From positions 1 to 54,082 of IMG/VR virus record IMGVR_UViG_3300021962_000143: a DNA stretch of 54,082 nucleotides; one strand, 5' to 3'. Shown here one piece after another: positions 29,792 to 38,763 of the stretch; positions within the stretch are counted from its first letter, which is position 1; each line of letters begins with the position of its first letter. Under the pieces are notes generated by a model. That model ran no database searches, was not told where the DNA came from, and saw only the letters and a list, made by a program, of their open reading frames with translations. Position numbers and translations under genes: made by a program. This stretch comes from a virus. Lineage: Duplodnaviria; Caudoviricetes.

Positions 29792-30649
29792 ATGGCTACA
29801 GAACTTAAGAAGTTCTTAGATGCAAAGAAAACGACAACACGCTTATTGGGTGATGTTGAACGGCACCTTATGCGCCGTCCGTTAGACGACCGTCGTCAAG
29901 ACGTACTCCACCCGTCAGAGATAATCAAACCTGACTGGTGTCACCGTTATGCCTATCATTTGTTAACGGGTGGAGAAGCGAAAAGAGATAAGCCAAACCT
30001 TAGATTGCAAAACATCTTTGATGAAGGCCATTACATCCATGCTAAATGGCAAAAGAGATTTCAAGAAATGAACGTTCTTTACGGAAAGTTTGAGTGTTTA
30101 GCTTGTCAGGTAACGACCATAGGTATCTCACCTGCTTGTTCAGAGTGTGGTCGCAAAGATGTTATGGAGTACCGAGAAGTAACGCTGATTGATGATGCCC
30201 TTCGTATTGCTGGACATACCGATGGTTGGATTAAAGACATAGGTCCAGATTGTTTAATTGAAATTAAGTCTATTGGTGCTGGAACCCTACGGTTTGAGGC
30301 ACCAGAACTTCTAGCTGATGCAGACGGAGATATAGGAAAAGCGTTTAACAACATCCGTCGTCCTTTCCGCAGCCACTTACTTCAGGGTCAGATGTATCTA
30401 GAGTTAGCTCACCGTATGTACGGAGAAAAAGCTCCAAAAGAAATTGTGTTTCTTTACGAGAACAAAGCAGACCAAGCAACAAAAGAATTCACTGTAAAAG
30501 CAGACTATGAGATTGTAGAGCGCATTTTCTTTTCTGCAGAAAAGTTAATGAAAGCTGTTGCTGCAGGTAAGATGCCTGACTGTAATGTCAATCCTGATGG
30601 TTGCAAATCTTGCAACTCACTAGTTGATTTGGAGGCTTGGGGTGCTTAA
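29792..30649 (+). CDS. Cas4-like/PD-(D/E)XK exonuclease
   Basis: HPSE...WC.R, G..IH, GHTDG, IEIKS, Q.QMY, C-terminal C..GCKSC. Confidence 0.85.
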   Translation: MATELKKFLDAKKTTTRLLGDVERHLMRRPLDDRRQDVLHPSEIIKPDWCHRYAYHLLTGGEAKRDKPNLRLQNIFDEGHYIHAKWQKRFQEMNVLYGKFECLACQVTTIGISPACSECGRKDVMEYREVTLIDDALRIAGHTDGWIKDIGPDCLIEIKSIGAGTLRFEAPELLADADGDIGKAFNNIRRPFRSHLLQGQMYLELAHRMYGEKAPKEIVFLYENKADQATKEFTVKADYEIVERIFFSAEKLMKAVAAGKMPDCNVNPDGCKSCNSLVDLEAWGA

Positions 30650-31130
30650 TCTAGGACCGATGTCTGGACTCGCAGTAAAGAAGATGTCAGAGCAAAACAT
30701 AAATATGTGGCCTGACCAAATTGACCAGCCAAAAATGCCACGAGATATCTCTGTGTTAGATAGCGATGAGTTGAGCGCATTGTTTACCCAGCTTACAGCT
30801 TGGTCTAATTTTGTTGCAGGTCAGTTAGCTGCAGCTCAAGTTGATGAGCATGTACTGAACAAAAAGAAAGATTCTTTAGAGGCTCAGTTGTTTTTAGCTA
30901 AAGATAATTCAAAGGTTAAAGGTGAGAGAGTAACTCTTATCAAAGCACAAGTTGCTGCTGACCCAAAGATTATGGATTTAGAAAATCAACTTACTCACGC
31001 CTATGCATACCGCAAAATGGTTGAGGTTGTAGCAAACAACTTTGAACGAGATGTAGCGTTGGTATCTCGTGAAATTACTCGTCGTACAAATGACTTTCGT
31101 GCAACACGAAAGGATAAGTTCTCCGCATGA
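30642..31130 (+). CDS. UvsY-like recombination mediator (helical)
   Basis: Coiled-coil, KAQVAADP, VSREITRR; in the recA cluster; SD GGAGG before GTG 30642. Confidence 0.55.
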   Translation: MLNLGPMSGLAVKKMSEQNINMWPDQIDQPKMPRDISVLDSDELSALFTQLTAWSNFVAGQLAAAQVDEHVLNKKKDSLEAQLFLAKDNSKVKGERVTLIKAQVAADPKIMDLENQLTHAYAYRKMVEVVANNFERDVALVSREITRRTNDFRATRKDKFSA

Positions 31131-31666
31131 TTATTGGCCTAACAGGTTATGCACAGTCAGGTAAAGACAGCGTTGCAAAAACTCTTGTAGAGCATTATGG
31201 GTTTACCCGTCTTGCGTTTGCCGACAAAATACGAGACATGTTGTACGACTTAAACCCAATGGTAAAAGATGGATTTAGATTACAAGGAGTAGTTGATGCT
31301 TATGGTTGGGACCAAGCAAAGGTTTTGTTTCCAGAGGTAAGAAAAGATTTACAAGCATTAGGAGTTAGTGCAAGAACACATTTAGACCCAAGCGTTTGGG
31401 TAAATGCTGTATTACGACAGATGCGAGATGAAGATAACTATGTAATAACTGATGTTAGGTTTGAGAATGAAGCAATTGTTATTAAACAAGCACAAGGAGA
31501 ACTGTGGCGTGTAAAACGCCCAGGAGTAGGGGCAGTAAACTCTCACGTATCTGAGTCAGATTTAGATGGTTATCAAGTAGATAAGATTTTAAGCAACGGA
31601 GGAACGCTTGAGGAACTAGAGTTGCTAGTCCACACAAGAATGGACTCCTACAAACATGGCAACTAA
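31127..31666 (+). CDS. Deoxynucleoside monophosphate kinase
   Basis: IIGLTGYAQSGKD, AFAD, LQALG, ITDVRFENE, H.SE. Confidence 0.93.
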   Translation: MIIGLTGYAQSGKDSVAKTLVEHYGFTRLAFADKIRDMLYDLNPMVKDGFRLQGVVDAYGWDQAKVLFPEVRKDLQALGVSARTHLDPSVWVNAVLRQMRDEDNYVITDVRFENEAIVIKQAQGELWRVKRPGVGAVNSHVSESDLDGYQVDKILSNGGTLEELELLVHTRMDSYKHGN

Positions 31667-32243
31667 AGTAATTGATGGCGGATTAAACAGCGCAGGAAAT
31701 GTAACGGTTGGTATTGACCAATCACTAACAGGTTTTGCACTAACAGCTTTGTCATTAGACGACCCAAAGAAACACATTACTTGGGTATATAAATCTCCTT
31801 ACTTTGGTATTGAAAGACTCGTAGATATTCGCCAGTGGTTGACAGACCACTTAATGTACCTAGAAGAACATGACTTAGATGTAGTTGATTTAGCTATGGA
31901 AGGAACCGTGCTTGCCAGCCAAGCAGCGTTAGTTCTTGGAGAACTTTCAGCAACAGTACGTTTAGCTATTTACGATATGTATGGCGATGATGACCCACGC
32001 AGATTCCCTTTAAAAGTCCCACCAATGACGCTTAAGAAGTACGCCTCTGGCAAAGGTAATGCCAAGAAGCAAGAGATGTTGTTGCAAATCTATAAGAGAT
32101 GGGGCGTTGAGTTCAGTGACGACAATGCAGCAGATTCTTACGCATTAGCACGCCTTGTTGGAAAATTTTCAATTAATGATGTGGAAAAGGCAGTAGCTGA
32201 GCAAATGTCAGACCCTAAATACCGAGACCAAGCTAGGTTTTAG
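31656..32243 (+). CDS. ruvC: RuvC-like Holliday junction resolvase
   Basis: VGIDQSLTG, AMEG, P.TLKKY.SGKGNA.K, DDNAADS. Confidence 0.88.
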   Translation: MATKVIDGGLNSAGNVTVGIDQSLTGFALTALSLDDPKKHITWVYKSPYFGIERLVDIRQWLTDHLMYLEEHDLDVVDLAMEGTVLASQAALVLGELSATVRLAIYDMYGDDDPRRFPLKVPPMTLKKYASGKGNAKKQEMLLQIYKRWGVEFSDDNAADSYALARLVGKFSINDVEKAVAEQMSDPKYRDQARF

Positions 32244-32296
32244 GCTTATCCTTTGATTTGGGAGTGGCACACCAAACCGAACCAAAGGACTAACAA

Positions 32297-32587
32297 TTGA
32301 GTAACACACCAGAAGTATCAACAGAAGAGCCGTTTTTGCGAGTGAGCGCAAGCTCAAACCCTCAAAGCGTAGCCTCAGCCATTGCCCATGCTATTTACGA
32401 CAAGCGTGAAGTAAAACTTCGTGCTGTTGGCGCAGGAGCAGTAAACCAAGCAGTTAAAGCCATTGCCATTGCTCGTGGGTATGTAGCCCCTCGTGGCATG
32501 GATTTAACAGACAAGCCAGGGTTTACAACCATTGAGTCACGAGACGGTGAAATTTCTGCAATCGTTTTTCACATTACAGCGAGCTAA
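32297..32587 (+). CDS. spoVS: SpoVS (Alba-like) protein
   Basis: LRVS.SSNP.SVA.AIA, RAVGAGAVNQAVKAIAIARGYVAP.G.DL..PGF, ISAI. Confidence 0.92.
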   Translation: MSNTPEVSTEEPFLRVSASSNPQSVASAIAHAIYDKREVKLRAVGAGAVNQAVKAIAIARGYVAPRGMDLTDKPGFTTIESRDGEISAIVFHITAS

Positions 32588-32623
32588 AACCGCCGTATCC
32601 TTATACCAAAGCAAGGAGTCATA

Positions 32624-33076
32624 ATGGCACTATGGTCATCAATGGGTCACGCAATGCGTCGTCGCATGGGCGCCCCTTCATCACATCTAGAGGCAGCAGG
32701 TAAAAGCATGAGCAAAGATATTCCAACAACAGAAGAAATTTTAGCTTCTGCAGCACACGCAAGTTCTCCACGTCGTTATATGGGAATGGATGCTGCAAAG
32801 CTTGCACCATCTGCACCATCACGTGGTACAGCAGTTGCAAAGAAGAACACACAAGCTGGAGACCCAACATCTGGTGGAAAAGCAAATCGCTCAAATGTTT
32901 CTGCAGGTAATGCAGCACAGTCAGAGCGTATGGGTGCTCGCCACCGTATCTCAGTAAAGTTTCCTGTAGGACACGACCCAGCAGCATCAGCAACTATGGC
33001 AAACGGACGAGTAGTTTCTTCAGTTGCAGGTCGTCAAGCACCTAACTTCAACGACGGAAACAGTTCTTCATACTAA
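32624..33076 (+). CDS. Hypothetical low-complexity basic protein
   Basis: SD AAGGAG; A/S/G/R-rich. Confidence 0.65.
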   Translation: MALWSSMGHAMRRRMGAPSSHLEAAGKSMSKDIPTTEEILASAAHASSPRRYMGMDAAKLAPSAPSRGTAVAKKNTQAGDPTSGGKANRSNVSAGNAAQSERMGARHRISVKFPVGHDPAASATMANGRVVSSVAGRQAPNFNDGNSSSY

Positions 33077-33077
33077 G

Positions 33078-33335
33078 ATGTCAATTTTATCTTCTTCAGA
33101 ATTTGGTTCTGACAACTTAACAGGAAGACCTGTTCAGCACCACATTGAAACAGAAGCCCCATTGTCATACAGCAAAGGAACTAGCACCTCAGTCGGAAGA
33201 CACACAGCGTGGCGTAGTCCTTCAGGTTCTTCATTGTCTCGTCAAACAGCAGGAAGTACTTTGAACTTTGATAATGACAGTTCTTCTACACCAATGCCAA
33301 AGTCTGATTCTGGAGCAAACTTTTTAAAGGGTTAA
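33078..33335 (+). CDS. Hypothetical Ser-rich protein
   Basis: ATG follows the previous stop; starts MSILSSSEFG. Confidence 0.55.
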   Translation: MSILSSSEFGSDNLTGRPVQHHIETEAPLSYSKGTSTSVGRHTAWRSPSGSSLSRQTAGSTLNFDNDSSSTPMPKSDSGANFLKG

Positions 33336-33493
33336 TTCTCAGGAACAAGCCCATGGAGGGCGCAATGTTCTTCGTACATTCGGTCAACTAATTCATCGTT
33401 TTGAGTTGGTTCACCGATGTACGAAGTACATAGTTCACAAAAGACAGCCCAAATTGTTGGATTGAAATCTATGGCAACAACGTCTACTGACAT
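33332..33493 (-). CDS. 53 aa C2H2-type zinc-finger protein, opposite to its cluster (not in track)
   Basis: SD AAAGGAGA; MSVDVVAIDFNPTIWAVFCELCTSYIGEPTQNDELVDRMYEEHCALHGLVPEN. Confidence 0.7.
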   Translation of the reverse strand: MSVDVVAIDFNPTIWAVFCELCTSYIGEPTQNDELVDRMYEEHCALHGLVPEN

Positions 33494-33543
33494 TTGGTCT
33501 CCTTTATACAGACATTTAGCGCTCTAAGAAGGAAAATAGTAAC

Positions 33544-34113
33544 ATGACTACTAGACCTGGTGACATGCCTGACCACCTAAAAGACATTGCTAAAAAGCCT
33601 TTTGAGTACACAAAAGAAGAAACACGCTTATTAGCTAGTAACCCAAAGGGCGCTCAAGATTTTATTGACTCCACAAACAATTACGGTGGAGCGTCAATTA
33701 ACCTAACCAGCGGTAATGTAATCCAGCCTGGTGAAAAAGTTTATCTAGTAGGAAAAGAACCATCTAAGCTCAGTGGTCATTCAGTTCCAACAGAGTTTGA
33801 AAGTACTGGAACACAAACCCCAAAGTTAAACGCAAAACAATTTGCATCTCATTTTTTACGCTTACAGTCTCATGCAGCTGACTCTAAAGCAGTTATGGGT
33901 AGCTGGGTAGACACAAAGAATAAGAAAACCAAAGAAAAAGGCGTTCAGATTGATTTGTCTACAGGTCATAAATATAAAAAAGCTGCTGAACGTAAGATGA
34001 TTATGCGTAACGAAGATGCCGTATGGAACATGCACAATATGCGCAATATCCGCAACGAAGCAGCACGTAAGCGTCACGGAATTACTGAGCCACGTCCACC
34101 AAAGGTTAACTAA
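33544..34113 (+). CDS. Hypothetical protein
   Basis: 189 aa; GSWVD..VQIDLS..NEDAVW; coupled to the next gene. Confidence 0.65.
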   Translation: MTTRPGDMPDHLKDIAKKPFEYTKEETRLLASNPKGAQDFIDSTNNYGGASINLTSGNVIQPGEKVYLVGKEPSKLSGHSVPTEFESTGTQTPKLNAKQFASHFLRLQSHAADSKAVMGSWVDTKNKKTKEKGVQIDLSTGHKYKKAAERKMIMRNEDAVWNMHNMRNIRNEAARKRHGITEPRPPKVN

Positions 34114-34646
34114 TGCCAGGCGGAGTAAATAACTATTCACCATCACAGAACTGGCAGTCTCTTGGGGCTGGCGGCATGTATGGTTATAACAATCAAGGTG
34201 GTGCAGGAACTCCTGTAGCTCGTGATGCGATGGATGCGTCCCGCATTGGAGTAGGACGTGTACCATCTGCCGAGTATCCTGATGGATACCTTGGCACTAT
34301 CCGCTCACGTCGTGATGACCGTTTGTTGGATAGTATCAAGTCTCGTGTAAACCAAAAAGCCTATCAACGTGGTGTACATAAGGGTGAGCGTATTGAGCCA
34401 TCTATGTACTTCTGGCCTGACAGTCTAAACGATATGTCTGGAATTGAACGCCAGATGAAAGCTGCTTACACAAACGTAAATGGTGCAAACGTGTACCAAG
34501 TTATGCGTAACGCACCTCAAGTAAGTTTAGTTCCTGCTCCTCACCTAGTAAACGATGGAAAAGCAAACACCATTGCTACAACACCTGGTGAAATTAATGA
34601 ACGTCGTCAAGCAATGCTTGCATATTTGAAACCAGCGTGGCGATAA
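34113..34646 (+). CDS. Hypothetical protein
   Basis: TAATG coupling; PSAEYPDGYLGTIRSRRDDRL, RGVHKGERI. Confidence 0.7.
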   Translation: MPGGVNNYSPSQNWQSLGAGGMYGYNNQGGAGTPVARDAMDASRIGVGRVPSAEYPDGYLGTIRSRRDDRLLDSIKSRVNQKAYQRGVHKGERIEPSMYFWPDSLNDMSGIERQMKAAYTNVNGANVYQVMRNAPQVSLVPAPHLVNDGKANTIATTPGEINERRQAMLAYLKPAWR

Positions 34647-35008
34647 TGACGCAAAAATTTGACGGAAATTACGACTACACAAAACCATGGCGTGCACCAG
34701 TACAGCCTGACCAAGTGGCAAAGCGTTGGCAGTACAACGGACCATGGTCAACAAACATGGAACGCCTAACATCACAAGCGCTAATGGTTATGAATATTCC
34801 TGGAAAAGACATTCAAGCAATGGTTCGTCCACCACTTCCACAGATTCGTTTGTTTCCAGACCGTTACGGCTATGGTGACCGTCGTTCACCTGGCATTGAA
34901 GATGTCGTCACTATAGACAGAGTTTATTCAGAGCCACGTGTATCCTGGTTTTCAGGCGGGGTATCAGGTTTCCAAGCTTCTTCTCGCAATGATTTAGGTG
35001 GTATCTAA
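34646..35008 (+). CDS. Hypothetical protein
   Basis: TAATG coupling at both ends. Confidence 0.65.
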   Translation: MTQKFDGNYDYTKPWRAPVQPDQVAKRWQYNGPWSTNMERLTSQALMVMNIPGKDIQAMVRPPLPQIRLFPDRYGYGDRRSPGIEDVVTIDRVYSEPRVSWFSGGVSGFQASSRNDLGGI

Positions 35009-35202
35009 TGGGTAATAGCAACGCATCAAACTGGGCAAAGCGCTGGGCAAAAGGTCCTGCAGACCGTAGTGGTCGTGGTCCTTCAAGCGAGCCTTTGTAC
35101 ACAGCGTTTTCAACTGGACATGGAATTAGCCGCAGTACCCCTAAAGGTAAATTAGATTATCCACATGGTATGACATCTTGGCATAAGCCAGAGGAGAAGT
35201 AA
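35008..35202 (+). CDS. Hypothetical basic protein
   Basis: TAATG coupling; SD AGGTGG. Confidence 0.55.
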   Translation: MGNSNASNWAKRWAKGPADRSGRGPSSEPLYTAFSTGHGISRSTPKGKLDYPHGMTSWHKPEEK

Positions 35203-35205
35203 CCA

Positions 35206-35403
35206 ATGGATGATGGCGGCGGCTTCACTCTTGAGATTCAAGCAAGAGAAATAGCAGAAAATGCAACCCGTTATAAGGGTTCACACCCATGCCCAGCTTG
35301 CGGGATTATTATGAACCCAGTTGAAGTTTTGTACAGTAAAGGCATGTGCCCTTCTTGTTACTCACAGGCTAGAGCTGACCGTGTAAAACGGAAGATGGTG
35401 TAA
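35206..35403 (+). CDS. Small zinc-finger protein
   Basis: CPACG...CPSC; SD GAGGAG. Confidence 0.7.
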   Translation: MDDGGGFTLEIQAREIAENATRYKGSHPCPACGIIMNPVEVLYSKGMCPSCYSQARADRVKRKMV

Positions 35404-35405
35404 CC

Positions 35406-36314
35406 ATGCCTAGAGATGAAAAAGGCAAAGCAAGACCATTAAGTGAAGAAGAATCAAAACGCCTAAAAGGTTCCGCTGCTGAACTTGCAGCAGCTGAAAA
35501 AGCAAAAGCTAAAAAAGCTGAAGAAGACAAGTTAAAAAGTGGCGAAGATGTTAAAGCTAAAAAAGTACTTGCACGTGATAAAAAGAGCGGTCGTATAGGA
35601 CTAGGTGTAGACACGACTCGTGTTTCAGGTGAAGAAGACCAAGGACCATCTGCTGCTCCTAAAGTTCAATTACCAGGACCTGTAGTTAGTACTGGTAAAA
35701 AGTTAGCAAAAACTGGTGCACGAGCACCAAAGCGTGGAGAACTTGCTCGTGGAATAACTATTGTTGACCCAGGTCCAAAAAGAAAAAAGAAATCACGTGG
35801 AAAAACAGTTGTACGTGATACAACAACAGGTCGTGCAAGAGCTCGTACCCGTGAAGACTACAAGGTTACTGAACTAGATGCTGCACCAGCACCAGCACCT
35901 GAAAAACCACGCACACTTGCTCCAGGAGCAGGACCACTTCGTGAACAGGTCTATATTGATGAGTCAAGACCTGCTGGAGAAAAAGCAGTTCGTAAACTAA
36001 AAGGACTTGCTGTACCGCATAAGGTAATTGCTCCAGCAGTAAATCAAGCAATTCAGCATATTGATAACATGGCAGCCACAAAAGGTACTTCTGAGTACCA
36101 CGGTCACGTACAAGCGTTTAACACGCTTCACCCTACTATTTTGGACATGGATAAGACCATTCACCACGCATTGGGGGTTATGGCGCACCACACGATTTAC
36201 CCTAAGCCAAATTCTGCTAGCGTTATAACCCAACTTAAGGTAGGAATTGCCGATAGACTATCTGAGGGCAAAAAGATGGAAACCCAACGAGCTCAGAGAC
36301 AAGGAAGAAAGTAA
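35406..36314 (+). CDS. Lys/Arg-rich disordered protein with His-rich helical C-terminus
   Basis: Highly basic N-terminal two thirds; coupled to the next gene. Confidence 0.7.
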   Translation: MPRDEKGKARPLSEEESKRLKGSAAELAAAEKAKAKKAEEDKLKSGEDVKAKKVLARDKKSGRIGLGVDTTRVSGEEDQGPSAAPKVQLPGPVVSTGKKLAKTGARAPKRGELARGITIVDPGPKRKKKSRGKTVVRDTTTGRARARTREDYKVTELDAAPAPAPEKPRTLAPGAGPLREQVYIDESRPAGEKAVRKLKGLAVPHKVIAPAVNQAIQHIDNMAATKGTSEYHGHVQAFNTLHPTILDMDKTIHHALGVMAHHTIYPKPNSASVITQLKVGIADRLSEGKKMETQRAQRQGRK

Positions 36315-36613
36315 TGGCGAAGAGCATTAAAAATCCTGCAGTTGCAGCAGCAGCAAAAGCTGGCTCAATTAAAGCAATGCCAAAAAAGGAACCAAAAAAG
36401 TTAGTTCCAGTAGAAAACATTTCAAAGCCTGCAACTAGATTTTTTGGTGTTGCAACTTTGAAGGGACGAGGAAAACCAAAGATGGTTGAACCTGGCTCTA
36501 AAAAAGAGGCAAAACTTAAAGCTAAAGTTCAATGGGCTGAAGGTTACGAAAAAAAATCTTCCGCAAAGTCTCAAGCTAAAACTGCAGCATTGAAAGCAAA
36601 AGGTAAAATCTAA
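36314..36613 (+). CDS. Lys/Ala-rich histone-like small protein
   Basis: K/A-rich; TAATG coupling. Confidence 0.6.
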   Translation: MAKSIKNPAVAAAAKAGSIKAMPKKEPKKLVPVENISKPATRFFGVATLKGRGKPKMVEPGSKKEAKLKAKVQWAEGYEKKSSAKSQAKTAALKAKGKI

Positions 36614-36822
36614 TGCAGTGGAACGACCGCCGTAAGGCTAGAAAAGCTGCTAAAGCAGGTGCTAAATTAGTTGAGCAATACAAGCAAAATAAAGGTAGAG
36701 CACTCCATGAGACTGGCGCTTTTAGTGGCAGAACAAATGGACAAGATGGTGGAGCTCAATGGAACCGTCCTAAAGCGTCATCAAAAGCAGAAAGCCAAGC
36801 AGCAAACGAATTGAATTGGTAA
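36613..36822 (+). CDS. Hypothetical basic protein
   Basis: TAATG coupling. Confidence 0.55.
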   Translation: MQWNDRRKARKAAKAGAKLVEQYKQNKGRALHETGAFSGRTNGQDGGAQWNRPKASSKAESQAANELNW

Positions 36823-36832
36823 AGGAATTCAC

Positions 36833-37039
36833 ATGACAGTTAACTCATCACGTTCAATGAACGCATCATTAAACAACGGTGCTACAGATGGTAAGTATCG
36901 TAAGGCTCGTCCAGATACAGAAGTAATTCCTGGTCTTGGTGACGAAGCAACACTTGATAACCGTCAATCACTTCATCCTTTCTACGGTTATGGTTTTATT
37001 ACATCTGAGTTTCCAAACAAAGTAAACCCAGGCAAGTAA
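36833..37039 (+). CDS. Hypothetical protein
   Basis: SD AAAGGA; GATDGKYRKARP. Confidence 0.6.
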   Translation: MTVNSSRSMNASLNNGATDGKYRKARPDTEVIPGLGDEATLDNRQSLHPFYGYGFITSEFPNKVNPGK

Positions 37040-37041
37040 TT

Positions 37042-37419
37042 ATGGCTAAAAAAACTTCAAATCGTAATGCTGGCCCTCTAATTGCAGGTCGTGTACCATT
37101 TCAGGGTTCATCAATGCGTGGAGAAGAAGGTGGACCTCGTTCACTAGGTTGGTTGCATGGGACCCAGTTTGGCGAGCAAATTAAAGCATTGAAGAATCCT
37201 GATTACACAGTGATGTCTTATGGAACACCAATCGCTGTTCACCACGAAGAAGGTTGGCATTACCCAGATGTTTCTCACAGCCCAACAACTGGAAAGCATC
37301 AGTCAATTGTTCGTGGAGCATTAAACATTAAGAACGCACGTGAACAAAAGATGGAAGCACGTGCAGCAAAGCGCAAGGCAAAGCAGGAAGAAGCAGACCA
37401 GAAGTTGTGGAATCAATAG
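37042..37419 (+). CDS. Hypothetical phage protein (SYxTPIA...SxTTxKHQ motif family)
   Basis: YTVMSYGTPIAVH..W..SPTTGKHQ. Confidence 0.65.
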   Translation: MAKKTSNRNAGPLIAGRVPFQGSSMRGEEGGPRSLGWLHGTQFGEQIKALKNPDYTVMSYGTPIAVHHEEGWHYPDVSHSPTTGKHQSIVRGALNIKNAREQKMEARAAKRKAKQEEADQKLWNQ

Positions 37420-37429
37420 GTTATTTAAA

Positions 37430-37864
37430 ATGCCTATTTCTAATAGTCAGTTTGGAATGGTTAGGAACACTAAGACTAAAGTTACTGTTCCTTCTAATCC
37501 TGGTGGTTTTGGTGGTGCTCCTAAACCAAACATAAGTATGCCAACCCCTAGAGTTACGGCTATACCAACTCCCAGAATGACACCAACATCAACATCAACC
37601 CCTAGAGTTACGGCTACACCAACTCCACAAGTTACCTCTACCCCAAGTATCCCAAACAATCCTGAGTTTCGTGGAAGTTATCCACCAGCAACTAAACTCA
37701 ATACACCTTCAACATCAAGAGTTTCTACTCCAACTCCAGCGTCTACTCCAACTCCAATGAATACTCCAATGACTGTTCCGACTCCAATGTCTACTCCAAC
37801 AGCTAGCCCTACACCAAGTTCTGTAAAAACTCCTACAATCGCTATGTTTGGTGCAGGTAGATAG
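37430..37864 (+). CDS. Pro/Thr-rich (PT-repeat) protein
   Basis: MPISNSQFG start; duplicated acccctagagttacggcta; PTP repeats. Confidence 0.55.
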   Translation: MPISNSQFGMVRNTKTKVTVPSNPGGFGGAPKPNISMPTPRVTAIPTPRMTPTSTSTPRVTATPTPQVTSTPSIPNNPEFRGSYPPATKLNTPSTSRVSTPTPASTPTPMNTPMTVPTPMSTPTASPTPSSVKTPTIAMFGAGR

Positions 37865-37908
37865 CACTAATCATCTGCTAAGATAATCGGACTACTACAA
37901 GGAGCACA

Positions 37909-38457
37909 ATGAGTAACGTACCTATTCTGGGCGAAAAAAAGATGGACAATGAACCGATGTTTCGGTTGTTGTACTGTCTTGTCTGTCAGTCTTTAGACGA
38001 ACTACCTCCTTACGACGGTGAACCAGAGCAAGACCATTTGTTGGCTATTGCTTGTGAAGCACACGTTTTTCCATCAGGTGAGCCACACAAAGGCAAACTA
38101 TTTGTATTGCCATTACGTGCTTGGGCAAAGTCTGAGTCTAAAAAAGAAATCATTCGCCAGATTAAAGGCGGAGGTTCTAAAGGACTTGCAGAAGTTGATG
38201 ACACTTTTTATGACTCTCGCTCTATGTTCCTAGAAGATGCAATGAAGTGCTACCAACAGCACAACAAGCCAAAAGACGGTTGCAGCGACTGGCAGAACAA
38301 AGAGAAGTTACTTATTCCTAATACCGCAAAAGAACGTAAAGCAGAGGGCATGGGTCGTTACCAGGATGAAGCAGGTCCAAAAACATACCTATGTAACTTC
38401 TGTCCTGTATCCATCGCTGTAAACCAGCGCAAACAAAAATTGTTAGGACTAAACTGA
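37909..38457 (+). CDS. Cys/His-rich metal-binding protein
   Basis: SD AAGGAG; CLVC..H..H, C..H..C..CNFC. Confidence 0.75.
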   Translation: MSNVPILGEKKMDNEPMFRLLYCLVCQSLDELPPYDGEPEQDHLLAIACEAHVFPSGEPHKGKLFVLPLRAWAKSESKKEIIRQIKGGGSKGLAEVDDTFYDSRSMFLEDAMKCYQQHNKPKDGCSDWQNKEKLLIPNTAKERKAEGMGRYQDEAGPKTYLCNFCPVSIAVNQRKQKLLGLN

Positions 38458-38744
38458 TGAGCGAAGAGACCCCAAAGATTCAAGCAGCATACTCTGTAGT
38501 CATTAAAGCCGATGGCACACTTGAGACAATTCCCGTAACAGAGGGCGTAATGCGTACTGCTACTACCTACGACATTTACCAAACCAGTAAGCAATTAGTC
38601 TCTGAGATTGATGACTTCCTGCTAGCTGACCGTGTTGCTAAAGCCGTAGTTGATGCATTGCAGCCTGTAAGCCCAAGTGAACATCAACGTGCCAAAATTG
38701 CAGAAGCATTATCCGAACGTGGGATAGACCCAACAAAGGCTTAA
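38457..38744 (+). CDS. Hypothetical protein
   Basis: TGATG coupling. Confidence 0.65.
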   Translation: MSEETPKIQAAYSVVIKADGTLETIPVTEGVMRTATTYDIYQTSKQLVSEIDDFLLADRVAKAVVDALQPVSPSEHQRAKIAEALSERGIDPTKA

Positions 38745-38751
38745 TACGCCC

Positions 38752-38757
38752 TAAACT
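38752..38757 (+). promoter_or_regulatory. -10 element TAAACT of a probable leaderless transcript
   Basis: TANNNT, 6 nt, ATG 38764; no SD. Confidence 0.5.
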
Positions 38758-38763
38758 AGGGCT

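Noticed and set aside
29792-30649. Cas4-like gene as a sign of a CRISPR system
   Set aside because: No repeat-spacer array or other cas genes; context is a recombination operon
33544-34113. SAM-lyase-like anti-restriction protein
   Set aside because: Only a vague resemblance in residue pattern; diagnostic motifs not identifiable without a profile search
37540-37820. PT repeats as CRISPR-like or DGR repeats
   Set aside because: In-frame low-complexity coding repeats; no spacers and no reverse transcriptase in the window
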